Assembly (NCBI GenBank): GCA_002633005.1
Contig: NMRA01000208.1
Coordinates: forward strand, 297,072-361,071
Length of the DNA: 64,000 nucleotides
Reading direction: 5' to 3'
Source of the DNA: Phoronis australis
Taxonomy: Eukaryota; Animalia; Phoronida
In this document: piece by piece, positions 14,001 through 26,000 of the stretch
How positions within the stretch are numbered: position 1 is the stretch's first letter
How the letters are laid out: the number at the start of each line of letters is the position of its first letter
The notes under the pieces: generated by a model
Seen by the model: only the letters and a program-made list of their open reading frames with translations
Told to the model about the DNA's origin: nothing
Databases searched by the model: none
Program-made: the position numbers and the translations under genes

Positions 14001-17000
14001 TTTAGTGAAATGACTTTTTAGTTAACAAATTGCATTATTAATTTATTATGATAATAAATCTTTGGGAGTTTTTTTTGTTGTTCGTTTAATGAATAGATCT
14101 GACTTGTTATGTCTTTAGTGCGTTCTTCCACGTCGTCCAAGCCATTACCGCCACCACCGTCTGGTGAATCAAGGTCTACTGGACAGAGAAGGTATGTGTA
14201 ACAAGTCATTAATCATTGACATGAAAAATTTTTGATATGGCCACTATTTTGTGGGTGCACATTGCCATTATCGCCTTCATCCGACGTGTTCACTGCATGT
14301 CTGTCCCTTTGGGGCTCATTTGATGTCCTCTGCTCATGTAGATTTTGGAACGTGTCTGACTTCTGTAGCGTCCTCTAGTGGTAATTTTGGTTTCTTTTCA
14401 TATGCCTCGAAGTATTTAAAACTCCTTGACAGACGTTGATGAGATTTAGTGAATCAGTTGCTGCAGTAAAGATGACCTATGCTGCACCCACTAGTGGCAT
14501 TTTCTATAATTTTTGTGTCTGTTTTCGGTAGTTATCTCCCTTATCCCCTAGAGGCAGTATAAACAGGTAAAATGCCAACATTTTGTCGCTGAACATTAAA
14601 TAAGAGTTAAAACACGGTTTTACTCATGATTTGTTTTTAGGCTTAAGCACCTAGTTTTGAATACTAGGCGCAGTTTTGAATATAAAGACCCATAGGCATA
14701 AAAGTAATGTATATACTGAACAGTAGATGAGCTGTTTGCTGCAACTTACCAGAAATGTTACCTGTTTCAAAAGCCTTTGTGGCATATTTTACTTAAGGAC
14801 TATTAAAGTTATTTTTAACCTTTTCAGTTGGTATCTATAAACTTTTTATAATTATATTATAATTATTAATGAAACTGGTAGTTCCTCAAATAGGAAATGA
14901 TGAGGCAATGAGTGAGTTCCAGAAAGGTCGATTGGTCCAAGTGACCTGTGTACCCTCACTTCTGACAACTGTTCTCAACGGCTGAGACAACCCTGTGTAC
15001 CCTCACTTTTGACAACTGTTCTCAACGGCTGAGACACCCACAACTGTTCAGCCTCAGCCCTGTTCCATAACAATTAGCCTTTGATTTTACCAATGCTGCT
15101 AGAAATAGATAATAAAAAACAGTAATTCAGCCAGTGTTTGCATTGTGTAATTTGCTCAAAGTGCCAAACTTTCAGTTTGAAGAAGAATTTTTTAAAAATG
15201 TCTAAAAAGATCCAAAGTACATTTCAGAGTATTAAACGATGCCTTCAAGACAGGTAATATTTCTCTTAAATGATGAAGACATAAAACAAGATAAGGATAG
15301 ATTTTGAATAAGAATAGCTGGCAATGACAAGCAATCTTGTTGGAAACATCTACAAGGCTTGTTGTTTCACTCACTGTCCTTAAGTATTCTTCTGGCGTAT
15401 TCATTGCCTTAAATTGATGACATGTCTCTGAATATCTCTTGTTGTCATGGAAACTGGGCAATATGTCAAATGTTTCTCCGTGTTTATGAGATGATAATCT
15501 CTTTACAAAATCTCTTTCTCTTTGCTTTACTAAAATACTCAGACACGGTTATTGATCTTGTGCCTGTTTTTGAGGAATAGCCATCTGTATTCTTGGCGTG
15601 TGTGGATTTGGTGGTTCATGTATTTTTCATTTGTTTTGATTGCTGCTCCAGAAAGTTGGAGATCACTGTGATTGGTGCAAAGCCTATGAGTGAAGTTGGC
15701 TTCCGAGACCTGAAGGGTGGGTCTGGTGGGGCTGTTGGTGCTGTGATGCCAAAATCTGCCAAGCAAGGTATGTGATCATGCCCATGTGGTTACTTTTGTT
15801 GTGTGGAAACTTTCTTCTCGTTTCAATAAAATATTGATCATATGGAAACCTTGTTTGTGTATTAATATAATATCTATTTACTTATTAATTTAACGTAATT
15901 GTCAACCTTTTTGATTTTTTAGTTGTTCAAAATATAATTTCCGCACATTAATATATAAAACTGCAAAATTTATTGTGTATTGTTGCGATCTCCTGTCTAT
16001 GCCCCTACAAGATTATTTGCTATACCGGCATGACTAGAAAATTATGAGACGGGATTGTTGATAATAACATTCTTTGGTATATTGAAAATGACACCCATTG
16101 GAGTCTGCTTTTAATGACATTTGAAAAACCTGTATTGAACAAGTAGGTGACGAGGTGCACCAAATTCTGTCTCTGTTCGCCCAGTGCTTCCTGCCTGTCA
16201 TGCATAGTCCATGTGTAACAATTAGCTTACATTCTCAGTGGGTTGTCATGTTTTGTGACTCGTAATTGTTTACTTTGTCTGGTTTTATTTCTACCTCAAG
16301 ACATCACATGACCAGTCTTGGAATTTAGCCATCTTTTTAACAAGTATCATTGCTGTGTCATGTAGTTGCTCTTTAGAGGTCCAACAAATATACAGGAAAT
16401 TTGACCGGGTGTCTAGAAAGCATTGAACAGACAGCTGTGCCTCATGTTTCACAAAATCTGTACATTAGTGCCTGCTTCCAAACTGTTCTGATTCAGAAAA
16501 TATGTGGATCTATTGGTTGAATATGGGCAGCCGTATAAAAATAAACTTTTATTGGTTAAAAATTGTCAATTTTCAAAATATAAACATGTGCGATGTTATT
16601 GCTTGTAATTGGCAATATGCGATTTTATTGGTTGAAAAAATGTCAGATAAAATACGAAAATGTGCGATGATATTGGTTATATTTGTCATTTTAAGTTTAA
16701 AAATGTGGGATTTTATTCTCGTTGAAATTATAAACATTTGATTTATCTGTGGAAAATGGACAATTTAAAAGTTAGTGGTCAAACATAAAAGGACTTTACG
16801 AAAGTTGACTATTACCTTAAATACAGTGTAGCGTCATGTCAAAAATATTGTGGTCTTTATACACCATCAGTATTTACATGCCTTGGGGTCAACATTTGGG
16901 ATGGTCATTTCTCCGGCCATCTTCAACGGATACAGTGTTCTTGTAACAACAAGCATGGGTATCTGGTACACTCATTGTAGGCAATTTAGATTGTAGTTTT

Positions 17001-20000
17001 TCCTGGTGCACGTCGAGGTTTGAACCTAGGATCTTTTGTTTGTCAGTCCTGCACCCTAACCACTAAGCCACTGAGTCATCCAATTGACTGTGATACCTGA
17101 AGACGGCCAGAGAAATGATCGACTGAATTGTCGTGCCAAAGTAATTAGGCTAGAGTTTGGTGTAAGTAGACCAATAGATTTTAGGAACATCTTCACATCA
17201 AAGCAGTTTTAGGAAGTCACTGTAGTCCACAGTACAGCCTTCATCCCTATTTATTAAACCAGTAAGAAACTGTTTTCTTCGACTTTTGTTTGCCTTCATT
17301 TGATTGATTGGTTGGATTAGTCCCCAATTACTCTGACTCTTGTTTTGTAAATTTTTTCATTCACGTCTTGACTTCTCTTCAGATCAACGTGCTAAGCCAG
17401 TGGTGCCACCTTCTGTTGGAAAGAAAGGGGTGAGAACACACCAACATTGACCTGTTTTACATGAAATGTTACCAGGCAACTGTGCTCAAAGTACTGTAGA
17501 CCATGTGACAAATAGTCGTGACCCACTCAGATCCTAGCCAAAAGCAGTCATATATATGCACTAGGAAAACGGGGCCAGCGTTCTATTGGCCGATTTTTGA
17601 GTGGGTCATGACCCTTTGTTTCGTACTCTTGTAAACCTGTGCCATTTTAGTTCTGCCTGATTATGAGATATGAACAGCCTTGAAATTTGGTTGTCATTTT
17701 AATCATTAATTTCCATGTCTTTTGGTCGTATGCTTTATCATGCAAACAATGGCCAAAGATGCAGAGATTTCGAGCGACTGTCGTTAAAAGTATTATTCTT
17801 GAAAACTATTGTGTGCTCTACAAATTTTATCTTAATACCTGTCTGTATAAGTCGTAGAAACACTTATTTTGAGTTTGTAATGAAAATGAATCGGATAACT
17901 TTAGAGATAAGTTAGAGCTTGAGTTAGAAGGTGTGATTTCGGGCCTCGCTGTTGTCATGGTAACCAGCTGTTCCAATCTGTTCACAGCCTCCCCCTGCCT
18001 ACCAGGACATCTATGCTGTTCCAGACAAAGCTAAGAAGTCCTCAGGTCCTGCTGTCACAGATGATCTACTGGACCTCTCTAGCCCCACACTCCCTCCCCA
18101 TAAAGGTGAATTGGGTAAGTGTGTCTAAGACATTTTGGGCTCGGAGAAGCTAATTAGCTTGGGGGAGTTGTTAGTCATGGGTGCCGTTCACAAGATGGTA
18201 TCTCTCGGGTTAATTTGAAAATTTATCTAAGTGGCCCAAATTTCTTCCAAATCCATTTCTGAGGTTCTTAAATTTTTCAGTCTCTAATCAGTAATCATTA
18301 AGGAGGCATTCTAGTTTTTACCTTACATTTACAGGTAAGCCCAAAGCCAACACTCCTTCATCAGACGAGGACTGCCCGCCACCCCCTGTACCTCAGCGCA
18401 CTTCTGCATCAGGGTTCACCAAGCCCCCTGAAGAGGACTTACTTATTGACTTTGATGCACCAGATCCTGTAGTACCAAAACCAGTGAACAAACCAACAAT
18501 TATCTTGCCAAGCAGAGTGAACTCTGCGCCATTAAGTGCAAATGGAAATGAAAGTGCTCCTCCCAAGAAAGTTGGACCGTCCATCATTCTTCCTCCCAAA
18601 CCAAAGGCAACTATCCAAGCCAGCTCTGTAAATACTGAATTAGTGAACAGTGTAAACAAACCGCTACTGGCTGCAAAGCCTAGACCACCAGTTGCCAGTA
18701 AACCGAGTGTGGTCAAACCTAAAAGTGGTGCTGTATCTTCTTCATCTGATGAATCACCTGTAGAGCAGTGGTCCCCAATGACAGTGCCAACCATAATTGC
18801 CATCCCAAAAAAGAACCCAAAACCAACAGTGATATCGCCAGAAATGCACAATCGAGAGGACAGAGGAGAATTTGATAATCCTGGATACGATGATGCCCCT
18901 GCACAGGCAAATAGTACCAGCAGACCACCTCCCACAATAATAAAACCTAGCAGTTCCTTGCCTCCTTCACCTTGTAAAGCTGATAAACCTCTGCCACCCA
19001 AACCAAAAGCTTCAATAAAAGCAAATTTGGAAAAGAAGAATGTACAGAAACAGGCTGCTCCTACTGACGTGTTAACGTCAAACTCCAAAACTCCTACTGT
19101 GGGCATGCTGATAGATTTGGGTGATTTTAGTGCAGCAGTTGAAGAAACAAAGCCGGTCAAACCAGTCCCTGTTGCAAAGAAAGCACCACCTGTCAGACCC
19201 CCTAGGTTAGTATCTGTATTATGACGTTGGACAGTTCAGTTACCTCTTTATTTAGCAGGGAAAAAATGTAAACTAATATTGGACTTAAATTTAAAGTGAG
19301 CGACTTTGCGTCCTCATCACTAGGACTTTCAATATCAACTGGATGTCTAATATTCACTGATTCTCTTCATTTAGTGTATGTCTCATATGGACGCATAGTA
19401 CGTACATGTACTAGATTGAGTATATTACATCTCATACCAGAATGACTTTGGGAAAATCATACTTGAACAGTCTCCAAGTATTCCGGCTATATATCACATT
19501 ACATCAGGTTTAGTATGTGGTGATAAATCTAGTTCAGGGCCAAGTTCTATTGTGTAGCAGGTGTTTGCATTAGCTCCACTATCAGCACTGGTTATGTAGT
19601 GTTGGGCAACATTACTACTAGTGTTCTTTGATGGTGACTAATACCCTTTGACCCTGCTCTATTGTTGACACATAATTGGCTTTGAATATAATCCCTGTTT
19701 ATGACACCAGTCCTAACAAAGCAAGTTGCATGACTGTGTTTATTTCATTAACCAATTAGTTTCTACTGCTTCATTGAATTTTGGCCAGCCTTAAATTGCC
19801 TGAGCAGGTATCTGGCATCGTCTGTTTTACATGGATCATCCCAATGTTCCTCAATACTAGGTTGCCAATATTACATCTGTCTATTGCTGCGTTGATCTGT
19901 CCGCTGCTTAGTTCTTAAATATCATGACAGGTCTCAGTTATTTTTTGTCACAGAGTAGCATGTCAAAGAATGGCCAGTACGTTGTTCTGGTGAAGTTTGC

Positions 20001-23000
20001 CACAAGACATTTCGCAGGGATTCCTCGACACCAGTTGTTCTTGTTGACAGTAGCGCCACCTGTTTCCTGTATGATCCATGCGTTTCTCTGTTGCAGTTTC
20101 AAAGAGAAAACTCCCCCTCCTGCCAAGCCATCAGCACCTCCCAATATTAAACCGGCAGAGCTGTCTGGTGCCAAACCAACAAGCCTTTCGCCAGCCAAAA
20201 CCTCTGCTCCTCTAAGTAAGCTGAAGAAGACAAAACCACCAAAGCCTCCACTGCCAAAGAGACCTGGTCCTGGACATGTCCTTTATCATTATGTTGTTGA
20301 AGGACCTCATGGAATAGCTTTGTATGACTATGAGCCTGCAAACATTGATGAGTTAGCATTCAAGGTATTTATTGATTGCCTCCATATTGCCTTGCCTGTA
20401 GACCCATGGGCCTATGTCTGAAATAATGCCTTTTTTCGCAGCCTTGTCAGTGCTTGACACCTAGGTTGATGCCAAGTCGTATTTGTCAACTTGGCAAAAA
20501 TTCCAGGTCGCCAAATGAAATCTGAGGTCACCAAAGCTAGCGTCGAAATAGTCAACTAAATGTCCTCTGTTCTTGCTGAAACTTACGCATACCTCTTCAA
20601 TTTCTTCCATAAAGAAATATGTGTTCGCCATGCAATCTCCTAGTTCAATTTCTCCAGCCTACAAAGATAGAACACAGACGATTGCATTAGCTGGTACACT
20701 AGAGAAGCATGTTTCACCGATCTTGCCCAATGTTTGGCGTCTGTTTACTTTTTGTTGTAATTTAAGCATGTGTTTGATGTGTGCTGAGAGCTGTTCTGTC
20801 CAGTGCACTGATTTGAAGAAATAAACGGAACAATTGTAATCCAAAGGTATTAAATCTAGGAAAATTGTTTAGTAATTCTAAGTTTGGAAGTCAACTCAAA
20901 CTTGGACACGAATTTCAGGGGGAATTATTGATACTCAAGTGGTTTGCATATTGGGATATGCACCTAAGTTTCATATGTAAGCTCAGGTCATGCTCCCTGC
21001 ATAGACCCATACATGCATTTGCGTGTAGGTGCACCCATATTGACATACCGCTATGCAATTTTTTACACTTTGCCTCTGTATCTTTTGAGTTTCTTGTAGT
21101 ATTTTTAAGAAACTTGGTAAATAGTTTTGTATTATCGTATTGTCGCGCCTTTAGGCCCACTGGCCTATATTTTCGCTGCCTTTTTACCCAAGTGATTTGC
21201 CTGTTGATGCATGTGCCTAAGTTTTGTACATAAGCACAGTTCTGCGCAGACACCCATTGGCCCAATGGTGTGGCAGTCTTGCTGGTTTTGCTGATTAGTT
21301 GATTAGATGATGGTGTAAAACTAGTAAATTGCATTCAAATTTGTAAATTTAACTTCTACTTTCCTGTGTTTTCTTCATCTGTAATCACTGGTTTATGAAT
21401 TACTTTGATAACCCTGCTCTTAGTAATACATCTGCCCCAGTTGGCCTGTGTATAAGTAAACACTGTTCAACAAAGGGTTTATGGTCCTGGGATAAGTGTG
21501 TTGTTACCCCACATGGGTTTTGAATAGCTAAACCTGGAATGGCATTGTTTTTCTTGACACGTTCTGAATCTTGAGTTTTTGTACTGTCAGGATTAGGCTT
21601 TAAAAATAATGTAATTGTATCTCTTTTTAGAACTGGTATTAACACTTAATTAATGGCTAATCCTAATCATATGGTAAGGTTTGTTTGATTTAGGACTCAA
21701 CGGGTCAGGAAAGTGGAATAAGATTTATTCACCGTTCTTTGGAAATACAAAGGAAATTTTATGTCATGCTTTTCAACAGTTTTTTTCTAAAGCTGTCCTC
21801 ATAAGCGTCATGGGAAAATGTTCATCATTTTTAGACAACCTGTGAACCATGACAGTTTTGACAACTATTTTGGTATTAAAATGAAAAAATGTTTTGTTTA
21901 GCATGTTAGACTGTGTGTGACTATAGACAAGACCTCAGCTAGTCTTGCCATATTAGTGGAACTGTGTCAAAAATTAGACAGCGTCTTGGTCTTCTCCGGC
22001 GTATATCACCATTTCTTCCCACAGAGGGGCGTGTGCAATATTTCAGCACTTGGTCTTGTATATTTCCTCTGTTCGTTTCTTGTAGTACCGTGTGGTCAGG
22101 ATGCAATGCAAAGTTGGTTTCCTCTTTATTGAAGGCTCAGAAGCAGGCGGCTAGACTTGTTCTAGGTGTACCTTTTGTCACTCCATCAACTCATATGTTT
22201 AGCAGACTGGGGTAGCTCCCTATTGACAAATATTTTTATATATAAGCATTTGTATGATGCATAAGTTAGTGTTTTCACAATAATGTACCAGAACTTATTT
22301 ATCTCGTAACCTCGTACTTGTTTCGAAACAGCCACCTAATCAGGACAAGATTTTTTACCTCAAACAATTGGTTTTTCCTTAACACAGAACATTCAACAGT
22401 GGAACAACTTGCCAAATAGTCTAAAGGAGGCTGACCGTTATGATGATTTCAGACTCAAACTCATTAGTTATCTGTGGTCGTCATAACTGTCCCTCCTTTT
22501 TGTCACTCCAATGTATATACCGTTTAAAATTTTTTCATTCATTTATTTATTTATTTTTAATTCAGACTCTATAAATCCAATTTGTAAACACTGTTTAATT
22601 TAATGTAATACTTTATAATTATAATTTAATCTATTTAATATCTATCTTAATCTAAATTAATTTATTTTAAATTAATTTATTTAATTAATTTTTGCTGTAG
22701 AGGACCATGCTATATATAAGCCTTTGGGTGAGGCATGCTTTTATCTATTGTATTTTATCCTCTATAAATAAATTTTTATTATTAATAGTGAGATATCATT
22801 GCTTCTTATTTTTATTTTCTTGTTTATTTTAGGCCTCTGATGTCATTGTGCTTATCAAACGCGTAAATGCTGATTGGCTGCTTGGTCGTAACGTTGACCG
22901 AGAGGGCATGTTTCCACAGAACTTCATTGATATTGTTCAACCACTGCCTGACAACAGTCCATCACAAGTATGTTATACACAACAGTCCATCACAAGTATG

Positions 23001-26000
23001 TTATACATCTAGGTCATTAGTAATTGGGTGGAAAATTGATATGAGGTGGAGTTTTTTGAACATAAAAATCCACCATTGGGATTTTTGATGACAAATATAC
23101 CGAACCTCAAGGGTCTCACTCCCAAATTATCTACATGTCATTTTGTCTAATTGATAACTATTGACTCTTACCATGGTGTTACTTGGCCAAAAATAAAGCC
23201 TTGCATATTAGATTCGAGCACTGTTTCCACTCTGTATATTGAGCCAAAATGTGAGACTATTAAAAATTGTGACCCAGGATTTTCATAAAAATTCAAAAGT
23301 TTCTAAAATGAATGAAAGGATAATTTAGAAAATTGTAGCAGTATTTTTGAGCATTGTGGGCTTGGAGGGGTGATAGATTATTGTGAAATTTGGCAAATAG
23401 GTTTTTATTAAAGAGAGGACAATGCCTTTCCCATTTATAACAGATTTGACGTTTTCTGCACCACTTGGTGGCCATTTAAAATTTTTTTGAGTAAATTGTT
23501 GCCGTCCTCCTCTATATACGGATAACTGCTTAAAGGATCATTATGAAAATTAATAGTTTTGTTCCTGATGAGAAGGTCGAAGCTGACGATTTCCGGACGG
23601 TTTTGACTACCCTGGCACCACATCCCCTAGTGGCATTTTTTGCACTCACGACTGTATCTCCTTTACCCTTTGAGGGATATTTGAGCAATTTGGTAGATGT
23701 TCCTCTGGGAAAATGGCAACAGATTGCAGACCAATCAGACAACAGCTACTAGGTGATTTCATTACTAAAAATAGCGTTTATGAAGCCAAAATATTTCTTA
23801 CCCATAGATTATATGCAGCTTTTATAGTGTACTATGTCGTATTTGACAGGTTGATTTCGTAGCACCCCAGACAAAGGAGGACACAGGAACTGGTCCTCGA
23901 TGCAGAGCAAGATTTGACTTTGAAGGCGGGGAACCAGATGACTTGATATTTCAAGATGGAGATGTGATAAAACTGCTCGACAGAGTTGGAGATGATTGGA
24001 TGAAAGGAGAGTTAAATGGGCAAACGGGGAATTTCCCTTTGGCTTTTGTTGAGATAATTGAAGATCTTCCCGTTGTGGTACCACAAGGTGCATCTGGTGA
24101 GTTAAGCAATGCTCAATGCTCTTTTGACTATCTGCATGAAATGTCAAGCTTGTCATTCAATGCATATGATTTAGATTTGCTTGCTGCACAAAGTAATTGC
24201 TCACATATCCACAGATGGGTGCATACTGCCATCATCTCCGCTCAGGCATCCTGCTGGTGTCCACCATCTGCTTCTCTATACCCCAAACCACTGTCCATTA
24301 ACTTTCTTCAATTTTATCATTCTTTGCTTGGTTCGTCATCCACTCACCCTTGCTGTAATTCAGTTTTCATTGTCCTCTATCATCTCGTCCAATGTGTCTG
24401 CCATCCGTTACCTTGAAATCAGTGGCAGTGTCCTCTCAAACCCTTCCTCCAATTCCATCCTCATCCCCATATCAGTATATCCTTTCCATTAATTCCTTTC
24501 TGCAGAATGCATCCTCTTGGGTCAAGTCTTTTAATGTTTCCATGACAAACAAAAACCTCATGAACAGGTAGGATTTCTCATCATTTGATATTTTCTCAGG
24601 AAACCAGATTTCTAGTATTGAGGTCTAGATTTTGAATGTTTGTTGTTTAATACTTTGAGACTAAGTTAGAAACATGCCTATATCGCTAGGCTATCGTGGG
24701 TTGCACCATGAAGCTTTTTATCAACCTTTGCCCAATTATTTTCCAGATAACCATGCTGTAGCTATTTATGACTTTGATGGGCATGCTGGTGAGCTGTCAT
24801 TCAAGGTAAAGTCTTTAGAATGTTGAATGTTAGTTAGTGGTCAATCCTTTACATTTAGTGGTTTTTAATTGTTGCTAAGTTTTAGATAAATTGGGACACA
24901 ACAAGTATAATAGTTACACATAAGCACACTTCTACTACTGAGTACGTCTCTCTGATCGCAACTCACTCACTGGGAAATTCTCCAGATTTGGATAGTTGAA
25001 AACATATTTTGTTCAAGCTCACGTCTTGCTGAAATAGTGGCTGTCTTGACAGTTTTATGAACTGCCAAAATGAAATTTATTTTCTTAGACTGTTGATACA
25101 AAACACAGTGACCCATATTTGAGAAACATGATGACCGCCTGCCTATGTCCCAGTCTTCAGAATCGTGAAAATTCAATGGGTGAATTTCACTGTCCAAAAT
25201 TTGTGAGACTGTCCCAAACTGGAGTATTTTACAGTGACCATGGCCTCTAAAGAGGGTGCGTAAACTAAACAGCATTCTGAATGATAAAATCATTAGACAT
25301 ATTATCGTTTTTAGTTCTGCAGTAAAGGTCCTAGACTCACTGTACTAAAAACAACAAGTTTTACATATTAAAGGATGTGACAGGTTCTTATCAAGTCGAA
25401 AGGCTGAGAAAACATATTTCCAAAGCTAAACCAGTTGTTTGTTGTCACTTGTTGTCACTTTTTGACATCAGCTCAATGACTAAGGAGTGTTGCTTCCTGA
25501 AATAGAATAAATTATTGTCAAGTCTTTTTTGTGCCCGCTTTCTTAGGAAAGTCGAAGCTGAAAAAATTCCAGGACGCATATTTTCTGTTGAGGAATTAAA
25601 ATCTGCAAGACCAAAAAACAGAATTTATTATCAGGCCAGGACCTACAATTTATCACGTCGGTACCAAAATTCAACATGTCAGGACCTAAAGTTTATTACG
25701 TTAGGACCAAATATTTATCAGGCCATGGCAGACATTTTAATCACACCAGGACAAAAGACCACATGACCATCCACTATCCGACAATAACAATACGGTGCGT
25801 CTTTGTAATAATATAATTTTTCTACGATGACGCCCCCTTGGATCAATTTATGATCATTTCTTTGCATCTGTCTCAACATCTACTAAGTTCTTTCAAATCG
25901 ATGGATCTTCTTGAATTTGGCATATGTGTTCCTATTAACAAAGGAACGTTTGTTGCCCATTTTTGGACTGATCTAACTGCTGTGGTGCACTCAAGAGGAC

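Noticed and set aside
18393-19160. 255-aa minus-strand ORF
   Set aside because: Antisense shadow of the Pro/Lys-rich SH3-gene exon 7; no independent gene signals.
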